The notes: generated by a model from the letters alone, not told the origin. Positions 17,513 through 28,769 are shown, counted from the stretch's first letter. The stretch is 64,000 bases of DNA from an uncultured Methylococcaceae bacterium (GCA_903839855.1 CAIMEB010000160.1:164-64163); one strand, 5' to 3'. Numbers and translations are program-made.

Positions 17513-17836
17513 TCAATAACGGCGTACCGAACTGTCGGAATTGCAAGACCAGGCATCGATTCCACCCGTTAAATTGGCTATATTTTTAAACCCAGATTGA
17601 ACCAGATAATTGGCAGCCTGTTGGCTACGCATACCATGGTGGCAGATGACGACAATTTCATCGTCTTTATCCAGCTCATTTAAGCGGTTTGGAATTTGGT
17701 TGAGCGGAATCAGTATGCTATGAGCAATATTAGCGTATTTAAATTCATGGGGTTCTCTGACATCCAGTAAGAATAAGCTCTCTTGCTGTAGAATTTTATT
17801 TTTTAGCTCTATTGCTGATAGTTGTTTTACAAACAT
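17513..17836 (-). CDS. Single-domain rhodanese/sulfurtransferase
   Basis: LLDVREPHE, ICHHGMRS active-site Cys loop, NLTGGIDAW. Confidence 0.9.
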   Translation of the reverse strand: MFVKQLSAIELKNKILQQESLFLLDVREPHEFKYANIAHSILIPLNQIPNRLNELDKDDEIVVICHHGMRSQQAANYLVQSGFKNIANLTGGIDAWSCNSDSSVRRY

Positions 17837-18084
17837 AAAAATCCTTATTGATTAATGAATCGTTCTGGTTTAATGTCGATTTCAAAACCTGATTTGAGTA
17901 ATGTATCATATAGAAAATACCTTAGGGTCGCAAATTCTGTTCGTCTACATTTAAGTTCAGCAAGCGTAATGATCTCAGGAAACATGATAAATAAAATTAA
18001 ATGATAGTAATAATACTTGCTAACTGAGCATTATTCTGCTAAAAATGCCCAGTTTTTATTTATCCTGTCTATAGGAGTTAATGG

Positions 18085-18519
18085 ATGACCGATAGTACTA
18101 AAGTGACTACTTCACCTTTTAGTTTTAAGCCTTATAAAGAAGCAGAAGGCGAAGAATATATGAATGAGCTTCAATTGAAACATTTTGAGGCTATTCTTAA
18201 AAATTGGAAAGCAGAATTAATGCATGAAGTAGATCGTACTGTGCATCACATGCAAGATGATGCGGCTAATTTCCCAGATCCTAATGATCGAGCGACGCAA
18301 GAATCAGAATTTAGTCTTGAATTGAGAACCCGTGACCGTGAGCGGAAATTGATCAAGAAAATTGATGACTCTCTTAAAGAGATTGAATCGGGCGATTATG
18401 GTTTTTGTGAGTCCTGTGGCATAGAAATAGGTATCCGCCGCCTTGAAGCAAGACCTACGGCCAGTTTATGTATCGATTGTAAAACGCTTGATGAAATTAG
18501 GGAAAAACAAATGGGCTAA
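18085..18519 (+). CDS. dksA: RNA polymerase-binding factor DksA
   Basis: [11 protein letters not shown] coiled-coil tip; four-Cys zinc finger CESC...CIDC. Confidence 0.97.
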   Translation: MTDSTKVTTSPFSFKPYKEAEGEEYMNELQLKHFEAILKNWKAELMHEVDRTVHHMQDDAANFPDPNDRATQESEFSLELRTRDRERKLIKKIDDSLKEIESGDYGFCESCGIEIGIRRLEARPTASLCIDCKTLDEIREKQMG

Positions 18520-18531
18520 CTTAGGTTTGTT

Positions 18532-19416
18532 GTGCCTGATCAACACATTTATAGAGGTCGGTTTGCGCCTTCACCGACCGGTCCTTTACACCTAGGATCA
18601 GTATTTACTGCCTTGGCAAGTTATCTACAGGCACGATCATGCAACGGCAAGTGGTTATTGCGTATTGATGATCTTGATACGCCCAGGAATATTAAAGGGT
18701 CAGTTGATAGTATATTAAGGACGCTGGATAACCTAGGACTGTATTGGGATGAGAGCGTTGCTTTTCAAAGTCAGTCAATTGATTATTACCACGAAATTCT
18801 CGATCGATTAAACAAAGATAAACGTATTTATCCTTGTCGCTGTAGTCGAAAAGTGCAGACGACGGCTCGATATACTGGCTTTTGCCGTGATAATCAGTTT
18901 AACCTTGATATTCCACATGCTTATCGTGTTAAGACGGATGGCTCTGTTATTTCATTTATTGATGAGTTACAGGGCAGTATGATTTACCCGATTGATGAGC
19001 AAGGTGATTTTGTTTTGAAAAGAAAAGATCAGATTATTGCTTACCAGTTTGCAGTAGTAGTTGATGATCATCTACAAATGGTTAACCATGTGGTGAGAGG
19101 TTATGATTTGTTAGATTCGACCCCAAGACAATTGTATCTACAAAAGTTGCTAGGCTTTAAAACGCCAGTTTACATGCATGTCCCTGTCATTATTGATGAT
19201 GCAGGGTATAAACTCAGTAAACAAACAAAGGCTTTACCCGTTGATTTAATAAAATCTAATGACGTTATTTTTGGTGTGTTGCTATTATTAAAGCAGAACC
19301 CACCGAATGGACTCCAACGAGCGACAGTAACAGCGTTGTTGGATTGGGCAGTAGCGCATTGGAATCCAATGGCTTTAAAAAGTTGTAAAGCGATTAATAA
19401 TGAGTGCTTAACGTGA
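18532..19416 (+). CDS. gluQ: Glutamyl-Q tRNA(Asp) synthetase
   Basis: RFAPSPTGPLHLGS, LRIDDLD, YQFAVVVDD, KLSKQ; about 294 aa with no anticodon domain; follows dksA. Confidence 0.93.
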   Translation: MPDQHIYRGRFAPSPTGPLHLGSVFTALASYLQARSCNGKWLLRIDDLDTPRNIKGSVDSILRTLDNLGLYWDESVAFQSQSIDYYHEILDRLNKDKRIYPCRCSRKVQTTARYTGFCRDNQFNLDIPHAYRVKTDGSVISFIDELQGSMIYPIDEQGDFVLKRKDQIIAYQFAVVVDDHLQMVNHVVRGYDLLDSTPRQLYLQKLLGFKTPVYMHVPVIIDDAGYKLSKQTKALPVDLIKSNDVIFGVLLLLKQNPPNGLQRATVTALLDWAVAHWNPMALKSCKAINNECLT

Positions 19417-19562
19417 ATGTAATAAATGGTACTTATCATAAGGTTATTGGAGCAGTGAACTCTAATCATGTTGAAGCTAAATATGTAGTCTCTAGCTTTA
19501 GATTTTAATTATTATGAAAAATAATGAACCGCTATTTGTAGTGGTTTTTCAATTGTAAGCAA

Positions 19563-21308
19563 ATGACAAAAACAAATAAATCCGATTTGGAAAAGGCTTT
19601 AAACTTATGTAAAGGTGCTTTTATATGGGCAGCTGTTTTTAGCATGGTCATTAACCTATTACAGCTTGTTCCAACCATTTATATGTTGCAGTTATATGAT
19701 CGGGTTGTTCCAACCGGTAATCGGTCAACGTTACTGATGCTAACATTAATCATGTTGGTGTTGTTTTTATCATTGGGTGCTTTGGAATGGGTACGCTCTC
19801 AAATCTTAGTTAGGGTGAGTTCACGACTGGAAACCTTGCTTAATGAAAGATTATTTAATATCTGTTATAAACAGGCGCTTTATTCGGGTGGGCAACAGGC
19901 TTCCTCTCAAGCGCTAGATGATCTAACGTCGTTAAGACAATTTTTAACTGGAAATGGCCTCTTTGCTTTTTTTGATGTGCCATGGATACCGGTTTATATC
20001 GCTGTTATGTTTATTTTTCACCCCGCTTACGGGTGGACAGCTATAGGCGTTGCTATTATCTTGATGATTGTTGCGGTAATTCAAGAACGAGTAACTGCTA
20101 AGATATTAGGCGAAGCAAATACCCTGGCAAATATAGGCAGGGGCTTGGTCAATAAAAACCTGAGAAACGCAGAAGTGATTGAATCAATGGGGATGTTACA
20201 GAATATCCAGAAGCGATGGATAGAAGGCACCCGACAGGTTCTTGTCTTACAGGCAACCGCAAGCTCACGTGCTGGATTAGTGAGTGGTTTATCGAAAATT
20301 ATTCGCATGTCTTCACAATCCCTGATTTTAGCGTTAGGTGCATATTTAGTTATAGAGAATGAAATAACCGGCGGCTTGATGATCGCAGGTTCAATCCTAT
20401 TAGGACGTGCACTTGCGCCAATTGATATGATGATTGGTTCGTGGAAAGGTTTTGTAGGAGCGCGGGGGCAGTACCATCGTCTTAACGAACTGTTACGTCA
20501 GATTCCAACAGACCTTGAAAAAATGACTTTGCCAGAACCTGAAGGTTTTTTCCAGCTTGAAAATGCGGTAGTGGTGCCACCAGGTGCAAAAGTGCCGGCC
20601 TTAAAAGGCATTACCATGATGATTGCTAAGGGTGATGTGGTCGGTGTTATTGGACCGAGTGGCTCTGGAAAATCAACATTTGCTCGGGCGCTACTGGGGA
20701 TATGGCCCACAGCGAATGGCAAGGTTCGTTTAGACGGTGCCGAGGTGTTTACCTGGAATCGCAAAGAATTAGGTCCATTTATAGGTTATTTGCCTCAAGA
20801 TATAGAACTTTTTGAAGGTACCATCAGTGAAAACATTGCGAGGTTTGGTGATATAGAGCCAGAAAAAGTAGTTAATGCCGCCAAAATGGCTGATGTTCAT
20901 ACGATGATTTTACATTTACCGCAAGGTTATGATACGCATATAGGCGCCGGTGGCGGCAATCTGTCGGGTGGTCAGCGGCAACGCATCGGTTTGGCTAGAG
21001 CTTTGTATGGAAACCCTGTTATTGTCGTACTGGACGAGCCAAATTCGAATTTAGATGAACAAGGTGAGGCGGCTTTAAGCAGTGCTATTATCCGATTAAA
21101 GCAAAAAAAGGTCACCGTCATTGTCATTACTCATCGTAATAATGTGCTTATTAACGTAGATAAACTGCTCATCCTAAGTGACGGACAGTTATCTGTCTAT
21201 GGACCCAAGGATCAAGTCATTGCTCATCTGCAAAAACAGCAGGTGGTTGCCACACAAGAAAACACACCTCCAGAGTCACCGGCTACTCCTTTGAAATCAC
21301 CTTTATAA
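19563..21308 (+). CDS. Type I secretion ABC permease/ATPase (PrtD/AprD type)
   Basis: YMLQLYDRV, FFDVPW, GPSGSGKST, LSGGQRQR, VVLDEPNSNLD; no C39 domain. Confidence 0.93.
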   Translation: MTKTNKSDLEKALNLCKGAFIWAAVFSMVINLLQLVPTIYMLQLYDRVVPTGNRSTLLMLTLIMLVLFLSLGALEWVRSQILVRVSSRLETLLNERLFNICYKQALYSGGQQASSQALDDLTSLRQFLTGNGLFAFFDVPWIPVYIAVMFIFHPAYGWTAIGVAIILMIVAVIQERVTAKILGEANTLANIGRGLVNKNLRNAEVIESMGMLQNIQKRWIEGTRQVLVLQATASSRAGLVSGLSKIIRMSSQSLILALGAYLVIENEITGGLMIAGSILLGRALAPIDMMIGSWKGFVGARGQYHRLNELLRQIPTDLEKMTLPEPEGFFQLENAVVVPPGAKVPALKGITMMIAKGDVVGVIGPSGSGKSTFARALLGIWPTANGKVRLDGAEVFTWNRKELGPFIGYLPQDIELFEGTISENIARFGDIEPEKVVNAAKMADVHTMILHLPQGYDTHIGAGGGNLSGGQRQRIGLARALYGNPVIVVLDEPNSNLDEQGEAALSSAIIRLKQKKVTVIVITHRNNVLINVDKLLILSDGQLSVYGPKDQVIAHLQKQQVVATQENTPPESPATPLKSPL

Positions 21309-21315
21309 TGTACCT

Positions 21316-22644
21316 ATGAACAAAAGACCAGCATCACTAACCACAGAAAATGGTACTACGATTGTTACTGATGATAGTTCTATACGTGCTATAGGCATTA
21401 TTATTCTTGTTGTCACCCTCGGTATTTTAGGCGGGTGGGGTTATTTAGCTCCGATTGACAGCGCCGCCTTAGCGCCGGGTTTTGTTACCGTCAAATCACA
21501 CAGAAAAACAATACAGCATTTAGATGGAGGTATCGTTAGCCAATTACTGGCTAAAGATGGTGATATTGTCAATGAAGGTGATGTGTTACTCATCTTGGAT
21601 GGCACTGAAGTTAAAGCTCAATTAGACATTCTTCGTGGACAGCAGATAACATTAGAAGCCCAGTTAGCCAGACTGATTGCGGAACGGGATCAGCTTAATC
21701 AAATTATATTTCCTAATGATTTACAAAATATTTCAGACACTCATATAGTCGAAGCCAGACAGGGTGAAACCCAAATATTCAATGCGAGAAAAAATGCGTA
21801 CCAAGGTGAGATTTCGGTTTTAAATCAAAGAGCCAGTCAACTGGTTTCAAAAATTAAAGGGTTAGACGGTCAGCGCCGCAGTAAACAAGAGCTGATAAAA
21901 TCCTATGGGGAAGAAGCTCACGATTTAAAAGAATTATTAGCAGAGGGCTATGCAAATAAGCAAAGACTCCGGGATATTGAGCGTAATTATGAAAACGCAA
22001 CAGGCGAGGTGGCTTCTTTAACCGCTGAGATTGCGAGTAGCGAGATCCAAATCGGCGAAACAAAACTACAGGTTCTACAATTACAAAAGAAATTTCAGGA
22101 GGAGGTGGCCGCAAAACTCGGCGAAACTCAGTCCCAACTGTATGATGTAACGCAGCGTTTAGTGGCTACTAACGATAAAGTACATAGAACAGTCATTAGA
22201 TCTCCAGCCGGTGGACGGGTCTTAGGCTTATCTGTTCATAATTTAGGTGGGGTTATTTCACCGGGTAAGCCTATCCTTGATATCGTCCCACAGCAGGAAG
22301 AGTTGATCATAGATGCGCAGGTATCACCCTTAGATATCGATAGAGTGAGTGTCGGCTTATTAGCAGAAATTAGGTTTAGTGCTTTTAAGCAAGCTATAAC
22401 GCCAAAAATGCAAGGGAAGGTTATTAATTTATCGGCTGATAGATTAACCGATGAGAAAACGGGGGCGCCTTATTATCAGGCTCAGGTTGAATTAACGCCT
22501 GAGAGTTATGAAAAACTGGGGAATTTAGAGCTAGTGCCCGGAATGCCGGCAGAAGTATTTATTAATACCGGAGAACGCACTGTTTTTGAATACTTAATGC
22601 AGCCCATTAGTAATGCCTTTGCCCGTGCCTTTATAGAAGACTAA
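21316..22644 (+). CDS. Type I secretion membrane-fusion protein (HlyD/PrtE)
   Basis: KTIQHLDGGIV, long coiled coil, IRSPAGG, DIDRV, PGMPAEVFI.TGERT..EYL. Confidence 0.93.
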   Translation: MNKRPASLTTENGTTIVTDDSSIRAIGIIILVVTLGILGGWGYLAPIDSAALAPGFVTVKSHRKTIQHLDGGIVSQLLAKDGDIVNEGDVLLILDGTEVKAQLDILRGQQITLEAQLARLIAERDQLNQIIFPNDLQNISDTHIVEARQGETQIFNARKNAYQGEISVLNQRASQLVSKIKGLDGQRRSKQELIKSYGEEAHDLKELLAEGYANKQRLRDIERNYENATGEVASLTAEIASSEIQIGETKLQVLQLQKKFQEEVAAKLGETQSQLYDVTQRLVATNDKVHRTVIRSPAGGRVLGLSVHNLGGVISPGKPILDIVPQQEELIIDAQVSPLDIDRVSVGLLAEIRFSAFKQAITPKMQGKVINLSADRLTDEKTGAPYYQAQVELTPESYEKLGNLELVPGMPAEVFINTGERTVFEYLMQPISNAFARAFIED

Positions 22645-22647
22645 CGT

Positions 22648-23976
22648 ATGATAGCGATGAAAAAAATAAACCGGCTGGTTCTTTGTTTGATACTCATGCA
22701 GGCGAGTACAGGACATACTGAAGACTTATTGACTATTTATCAACAAGCACTTGAAGCCGACCCACAGCTAAAAACGGCAGCCATGAAGGTGCAGATTGGC
22801 ACAGCTCAAAAAGGCCAATCGTTGGGAGCCCTGCTGCCACAGATAAGTGGAAATGCTAACTGGTCTTTAAATAACCAAAAGACAAACTTATCAGGACCAT
22901 CAGCTTCAAAAAATTATCACGGAACTCGCTACACAGTTTCGTTAACCCAGACAGTGCTTGATTTTGCGAAGTTTTGGGATTGGCGGCGTGCTCAAGAGGT
23001 CGAAGATCAATATGCATTAGAAAACATCAGTGCGCAACATGAACTGATGTATAAAGTAGTTGAAAAATATTTCAATGTGCTGGAAGCCCAAGACCAGTTG
23101 TATTTCATTGAGTCTGAACAAGAAGCTACCCTCAAACAATTGGAACAAGTCCAGAAACAGTATGCCAAACAACTCATTTTAGTCACTGATATCTATGAAG
23201 TAGAAGCCAGACTAGATCAAATAAAAGCGTCAGTAATTGAAGCGGAGACTCAGCTGGTTATTGCTAAGGAAAGTTTAAAAGAGCTTACTAATAGTGAACC
23301 AGTGGAACTTTTTAAGTTGCGAGACACTATTGATTTCAAACCGCTGGAGGGCAAGCTGGAAGACTGGATTGCTGTAGCCAAAAGCGAAAACCCGCTGTTA
23401 GCCGCGCAAATTAAAGCCATAGCTGCAGCCAGTGATAATGTAGCGGTGCAAAAATCCAGATATTTGCCAGTGGTTGATATGCAATTAAGTTACAACTCAA
23501 CTAATACGGGCTATCAAAGTATTTCTCTGGGAACCAGTTATGACACGCAAGTTGCCGCAATCAATGTTTCTGTGCCGCTTTTTACCGGTGGTACAACAAC
23601 TAACCGGATGTATGAAGCTCAGTATAGATTATCTATCAGTCAGTATGAAAATGACTCTAAAATCCGAGCGCTAATCAAGGAAACCAGTGATTCGTTTTTA
23701 AGTTCTAATGCCAGTGTTAAACGCATTAAGGCGACGCAAAAGGCCTTGGAGTCTACTATTAAAGCCAGAGAGTCTCTAGAAACCGGATTTCGCTACGGTA
23801 ACCAAACTATTGGGGATGTTATCATTGCTCAGCAAAATGAGTTTAAGGCGAAGCGTGATTTATCTGTAGCAAAATATACTTACATAAAAAATAAAACACG
23901 TTTTCTACAATCCACTGGTTTAATCACCGACACTAATATGCAAGAGGTAAATGATTGGTTGCAAGTAGGCAGTTGA
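22648..23976 (+). CDS. TolC-family outer-membrane channel
   Basis: Signal peptide, DLLTIYQQAL..DPQL, LLPQI, VSVPLFTGG, G..TIGDVI.AQ; third gene of the T1SS operon. Confidence 0.9.
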   Translation: MIAMKKINRLVLCLILMQASTGHTEDLLTIYQQALEADPQLKTAAMKVQIGTAQKGQSLGALLPQISGNANWSLNNQKTNLSGPSASKNYHGTRYTVSLTQTVLDFAKFWDWRRAQEVEDQYALENISAQHELMYKVVEKYFNVLEAQDQLYFIESEQEATLKQLEQVQKQYAKQLILVTDIYEVEARLDQIKASVIEAETQLVIAKESLKELTNSEPVELFKLRDTIDFKPLEGKLEDWIAVAKSENPLLAAQIKAIAAASDNVAVQKSRYLPVVDMQLSYNSTNTGYQSISLGTSYDTQVAAINVSVPLFTGGTTTNRMYEAQYRLSISQYENDSKIRALIKETSDSFLSSNASVKRIKATQKALESTIKARESLETGFRYGNQTIGDVIIAQQNEFKAKRDLSVAKYTYIKNKTRFLQSTGLITDTNMQEVNDWLQVGS

Positions 23977-24026
23977 ATCCCTGCTGTAATTTAAAGGTTA
24001 ATTTATTGCGCGATAGCAGTATTAGT

Positions 24027-25298
24027 TTAAATCGCTTTAAAACCAATATCGGTTCGGTAATAAATGTTGTTCCAATGGATACTATCAGCCAGTTCGTAGG
24101 CTTTGGTTTGAGCTTCCAGAATAGTGTCTCCCAAAGCAACCGCACATAACACCCGCCCGCCTGACGTGACTATATCATCACCCACTTGTTGGGTTCCGGC
24201 ATGAAATATCTTTCTGTCCGCTTGCTCTTCAGTCGATAAGCCAGAGATAACATCACCTTTCTGATAAGCATCCGGATAGCCACCCGCTGCCAGAACAACG
24301 CCCAAGGCGGCCCGTTCATCCCATTCTGTGCTGGTTTTATCCAGATCACCGGTTAGCGCGGCTTCACACAGTTCGACGAGGTCGCTCTTCATGCGCATCA
24401 TGATCGGTTGGGTTTCAGGGTCACCAAAACGGCAGTTATATTCCAGAACTTTAACCGTGCCATCGTTAGCAATCATCAAACCGGCATAAAGAAAGCCGGT
24501 GTAAGGCAGTCCGTCATCGGCCATGCCTTTTAAGGTCGGGTTAATCACGTCACGCATCACAATGTCATAAACCGCTGGCGTTACCACAGGAGCAGGGGAG
24601 TAAGCCCCCATACCACCCGTGTTAGGGCCTTTATCTCCATTATCACGGGCTTTATGATCTTGTGAGGTTGCCATGGGCAGTGCATGTTTACCGTCGGCGA
24701 TGACAATAAAACTGGCTTCTTCTCCTGCTAAAAATTCCTCAATCACTACCCGATTGCCGGCTTCGCCAAATACATTGCCGGACAGCATATCTTCTACGGC
24801 ATCAATGGCTTCCTGTTCGGTTTGGGCGACGATAACGCCTTTACCTGCCGCCAAGCCATCGGCTTTAACCACAATCGGCGCACCTTGTTCACGAATGTAG
24901 GCAACCGCAAGTGCTTTATCGGTAAAAGACTGGTAGTAGGCCGTCGGGATGTGATGACGAATCATAAAGTCTTTACAGAAAGTTTTGGAACCTTCCAGTT
25001 GCGCTGCTTTCGCTTTGGGACCGAAACATTTTAAACCGGCGGCCTGGAATTGATCTACCACGCCTAAAACTAAAGGGACTTCAGGGCCGATAATGGTCAG
25101 ATCAATCTGTTCAGTCTGGGCAAAAGCCAATAACCCAGCGATATCATCCACAGCAATCGCTTTGTTTTCAATACCGGGTTCAAGGGCAGAACCGGGATTA
25201 CCGGGTGCGACAAAGACTTTTTCGACCTTCGGTGACTGTTTCGCTTTCCAGGCGAGGGCATGTTCACGGCCTCCGCTACCAACGATAAGAATTTTCAT
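24027..25298 (-). CDS. purD: Phosphoribosylamine-glycine ligase
   Basis: GSGGREHALAWK, KADGLAAGKGV, QDHK...GPNTGGMGAYSP, EYNCRFGDPETQ. Confidence 0.98.
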   Translation of the reverse strand: MKILIVGSGGREHALAWKAKQSPKVEKVFVAPGNPGSALEPGIENKAIAVDDIAGLLAFAQTEQIDLTIIGPEVPLVLGVVDQFQAAGLKCFGPKAKAAQLEGSKTFCKDFMIRHHIPTAYYQSFTDKALAVAYIREQGAPIVVKADGLAAGKGVIVAQTEQEAIDAVEDMLSGNVFGEAGNRVVIEEFLAGEEASFIVIADGKHALPMATSQDHKARDNGDKGPNTGGMGAYSPAPVVTPAVYDIVMRDVINPTLKGMADDGLPYTGFLYAGLMIANDGTVKVLEYNCRFGDPETQPIMMRMKSDLVELCEAALTGDLDKTSTEWDERAALGVVLAAGGYPDAYQKGDVISGLSTEEQADRKIFHAGTQQVGDDIVTSGGRVLCAVALGDTILEAQTKAYELADSIHWNNIYYRTDIGFKAI

Positions 25299-25326
25299 AA
25301 TAGACTCTTAGGAGTGGGGGTCAAAA

Positions 25327-26889
25327 TTAATGTCTGAAGTGACGCATACCGGTAAAGACCATAGCGATGTTATGTTCATCTGCTGCAGCAATCACTTCAT
25401 TGTCACGCATTGAGCCACCGGGTTGGATGATCGCGGTAATACCGGCTTCTGCAGCGGCATCGATTCCATCTCTAAACGGGAAAAACGCATCCGATGCCAT
25501 GGCAGAACCGGGTACCACTAAACCTTCATCCGCTGCTTTAATGCCCGCAATTTTAGCTGAATAGACACGGCTCATCTGACCCGCGCCGACACCAATCGTT
25601 TGGCCATTTTTACAATAAACAATGGCATTGGATTTAACGAATTTAGCGACTTTCCAGGCAAACAATAAATCGTCTAGCTCTTGTTCGGTTGGAATACGTT
25701 GACTGACGACTTTAATATCATCACGGCTAATTTCACCGATATCTTTATTCTGAACCAATAAGCCACCAGCAATGCGTTTATAGTCCAGTGAGGCTTGTTG
25801 GCTGGTGGATTCCCAAACACCACATTCCAGGACGCGGACGTTTTGTTTTTCGGCCAAAATAACTTGTGCAGCTAAAGTAATAGTAGGCGCAATAATCACT
25901 TCCACAAATTGACGCTTGATTATTTCAGCGGCAGTTTGCTCATCTAAGGCTTGATTAAAAGCGATAATCCCACCGAAGGCTGAGGTAGGATCTGTTGCAT
26001 AGGCTTTATCATATGCAGCAAAGATGTCATCAGCCTCGGCAACGCCACAGGGGTTTGCATGTTTTACGATAACGCAAGTGGGTTTCTCGCTAAATGATTT
26101 CACGCATTCCAGCGCTGCATCGGCATCGGCAATGTTGTTGTAAGACAGTTCTTTGCCTTGTAATTGACGAGCGGCTGCAATGGTTCCTGAAGCCGGTGCT
26201 TTCTCACGATAGAAAGCCGCATTTTGATGCGGGTTTTCACCGTAACGCATGCTTTGGCTCAGATAAAACTGCAGGTTAAGTGTTTCAGGAAATTGGGTGC
26301 CATTAATCTTAGCCAGATAAGTAGCAATCGCTGTATCGTAATGCGCAGTGTGTTCAAAGCTCTTTAAGGCCAGTTGAAAACGGGTTTGTGCAGACAGCGT
26401 GTTCTCATTGCTTTCAAGTTCAGCCAGTATGGCTTTATAGTCGCTGGGGTGAACAACAATTGCCACATCTTCATGATTTTTAGCGGCGGCTCGAATCATG
26501 GTCGGTCCACCGATATCAATGTTCTCGATTGCCGTTTCAAAATCACAATTCGGGTTTGCTATGGTTTGTTCAAACGGATAGAGATTAACCACAACCATGT
26601 CAATGGGTTTAATATCATTGCTAGCCATGATCGAATCGTCAATGCCGCGACGGCCTAAGATGCCGCCATGAACTTTAGGGTGTAAGGTTTTAACTCGACC
26701 ATCCATCATTTCAGGAAACCCAGTGTAGTCAGAGACTTCAGTGACTGGAATATTATGGTCTGCTAAAATTTTGGCAGTGCCACCCGTCGATAAAAGTTCA
26801 ATACCCTTTTGGCTTAATGCCTGACAAAAGTCGACAATGCCAGATTTATCGGAAACACTGACCAGGGCACGAGTTATTTTTTTATTCAT
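25327..26889 (-). CDS. purH: Bifunctional AICAR transformylase / IMP cyclohydrolase
   Basis: [55 protein letters not shown]. Confidence 0.98.
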   Translation of the reverse strand: MNKKITRALVSVSDKSGIVDFCQALSQKGIELLSTGGTAKILADHNIPVTEVSDYTGFPEMMDGRVKTLHPKVHGGILGRRGIDDSIMASNDIKPIDMVVVNLYPFEQTIANPNCDFETAIENIDIGGPTMIRAAAKNHEDVAIVVHPSDYKAILAELESNENTLSAQTRFQLALKSFEHTAHYDTAIATYLAKINGTQFPETLNLQFYLSQSMRYGENPHQNAAFYREKAPASGTIAAARQLQGKELSYNNIADADAALECVKSFSEKPTCVIVKHANPCGVAEADDIFAAYDKAYATDPTSAFGGIIAFNQALDEQTAAEIIKRQFVEVIIAPTITLAAQVILAEKQNVRVLECGVWESTSQQASLDYKRIAGGLLVQNKDIGEISRDDIKVVSQRIPTEQELDDLLFAWKVAKFVKSNAIVYCKNGQTIGVGAGQMSRVYSAKIAGIKAADEGLVVPGSAMASDAFFPFRDGIDAAAEAGITAIIQPGGSMRDNEVIAAADEHNIAMVFTGMRHFRH

Positions 26890-26956
26890 GAATACCTTTG
26901 AATTTTATGTAGGTGTAAAGGGTGAAACGGTTTTGGAAAGTGGTACAACCCTGATT

Positions 26957-27241
26957 TCAGGATATGCCGTATTGATCCAGCTTTTTACGTAGGGTGCTTC
27001 TGCTCAAGCCCAGGGCTTTAGCTGCTTTAGTTTGGTTATAGCCTGAATGTTCCAGAGCGGCTTCCAGTAAGGGTTTTTCAACTTCACTGATGACCAATGC
27101 GTGTAAACCGATCGCGTCGTGACCGTTTAATTGCGAGAGGTATTGTTCTATGGTCTGTTTTACATAGGCAGATAACGGCAATAGCGGCGTTTTTTTGCTA
27201 TCTATGCTTACTATTTCAGCACTTTTATGCGATGCATTCAT
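26957..27241 (-). CDS. fis: Nucleoid protein Fis
   Basis: EVEKPLL..L....NQTKAA..LGLSRSTLRKKL HTH; dusB-fis-purH synteny. Confidence 0.9.
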   Translation of the reverse strand: MNASHKSAEIVSIDSKKTPLLPLSAYVKQTIEQYLSQLNGHDAIGLHALVISEVEKPLLEAALEHSGYNQTKAAKALGLSRSTLRKKLDQYGIS

Positions 27242-27263
27242 ATAAATTAGCGCTATCCGTTGA

Positions 27264-28226
27264 TTAATGATTAAAAGCTGAATTAATCAGCTCTCGTTGT
27301 TGGTTTGGGCATTGGGTCTGATTGATCTTGCTTCTCGTCTCTTGGCTTATTGAACCCAAGTGATTTAAATACCAGCCTATATGCTTTCTTGCTATTCTAA
27401 CACCGCTAACACTGCCATAGAAGCTATATAGTTGTTCTAAATGGTCTTGAAGCGTGCTTTGGATCTCCGATTCTTTGGGTTTCTCCAAGTGCTTTCCGGT
27501 TTTAAGAAAATAGTTTATTTGCTTAAATAACCACGGGTTTCCTTGCGCTGCCCGACCAATCATAACGGCGTCAGCACCCGTTTGTTTTAATACAAAGTGA
27601 GCCTTTTCTGCTGAATCAATATCGCCATTGGCAATAATGGGTATCCCAACGGATTGCTTCACTTTTTTAATGGTTTCGTATTCTGCCTGCCCATTAAATT
27701 TACAGGCTCGCGTACGACCATGTAACGTTAACGCTGTAATGCCGGATTGTTCGGCGATTTTAGCGATTTCTACCGCGTTGCGATTTTCTAAGTCCCAACC
27801 GGTACGAATTTTTAATGTCACCGGGATATCAACGGCATTAACCACGGCATCCAGGATTTTCTTTACCAGGATTTCATTTCTTAACAGCGCTGAACCTGCC
27901 GCGACAGAACATACTTTTTTAGCAGGGCAGCCCATATTAATGTCAATAATTTGGGCGCCACGTTGGGCATTAAATTGCGCCGCCTCAGCCATTTGTTGTG
28001 GATCTGTCCCCAGTATTTGTACTGACCTTAGTCCTGTTTCACCGGTCTGATCCGCTTTTAAAAGCGTCCGTTTATGATGGCGTAACGCGGGGTTTGATGC
28101 CACCATTTCTGATACGGCCAAACCGGCACCGAATTGCTTACACAGTTCTCTAAAAGGCCGGTCAGTGATGCCAGCCATCGGTGCTAAAATTAAATTATTG
28201 GTAAGCGAATACGGGCCTATTTGCAT
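27264..28226 (-). CDS. dusB: tRNA-dihydrouridine synthase B
   Basis: LAPMAGITD, DINMGCPAKKV, LHGRTR, IANGDI, ARKHIGWY. Confidence 0.95.
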   Translation of the reverse strand: MQIGPYSLTNNLILAPMAGITDRPFRELCKQFGAGLAVSEMVASNPALRHHKRTLLKADQTGETGLRSVQILGTDPQQMAEAAQFNAQRGAQIIDINMGCPAKKVCSVAAGSALLRNEILVKKILDAVVNAVDIPVTLKIRTGWDLENRNAVEIAKIAEQSGITALTLHGRTRACKFNGQAEYETIKKVKQSVGIPIIANGDIDSAEKAHFVLKQTGADAVMIGRAAQGNPWLFKQINYFLKTGKHLEKPKESEIQSTLQDHLEQLYSFYGSVSGVRIARKHIGWYLNHLGSISQETRSKINQTQCPNQQRELINSAFNH

Positions 28227-28241
28227 AGGTTTAACATGTCA

Positions 28242-28769
28242 TTATTTATCAGAAGATTCATTCCAGATAGGATTCTCGCGGTCTTCAGGGTCAAGTTTGC
28301 TAGCATCCTCTGGGTAGATATGCCAGAATGATTTATCAATCTTGGCATTGCTGTAACCTTCTTTTTTCTCGTGGGTGAATGGACACCACCAGTTTTCTAC
28401 AATTTTAACCATGTAGGCATGCCATTCAAAGACTGCAACACTGACCGGGCAATACCATGTGCAGTTTAAAATCCAGTACAGTTTTGACTGCGCCAAACTA
28501 AGTTTGAAAGAACCATCCATGGTGATCTGGCTTTTAAGATCATATCGGTGTGAGCTTCTTGCAGGTAGAAAATCAGAAAATGTCTTTATGTTTTTTCCAC
28601 CAATGAGCCTTAAGTGGTAATAAGTCAGATAGGCGCTAATAAATACAAAAGGAAGCGTAATAATCGGCAGGTATACAAAAACCAGACCTATGGCTCTTTG
28701 TAACACAGGGACTTGTTGATGATTTTTGCCGATTTCCGCACGGCCAGAACAGGAGTCACAAGCTTTCAT
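28242..28769 (-). CDS. Uncharacterised Cys/Trp-rich membrane-anchored protein
   Basis: 175-aa ORF with an RBS (GAGGA), N-terminal CDSC, one hydrophobic segment, LNCTWYCP and ENWWCPFTH motifs. Confidence 0.7.
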   Translation of the reverse strand: MKACDSCSGRAEIGKNHQQVPVLQRAIGLVFVYLPIITLPFVFISAYLTYYHLRLIGGKNIKTFSDFLPARSSHRYDLKSQITMDGSFKLSLAQSKLYWILNCTWYCPVSVAVFEWHAYMVKIVENWWCPFTHEKKEGYSNAKIDKSFWHIYPEDASKLDPEDRENPIWNESSDK

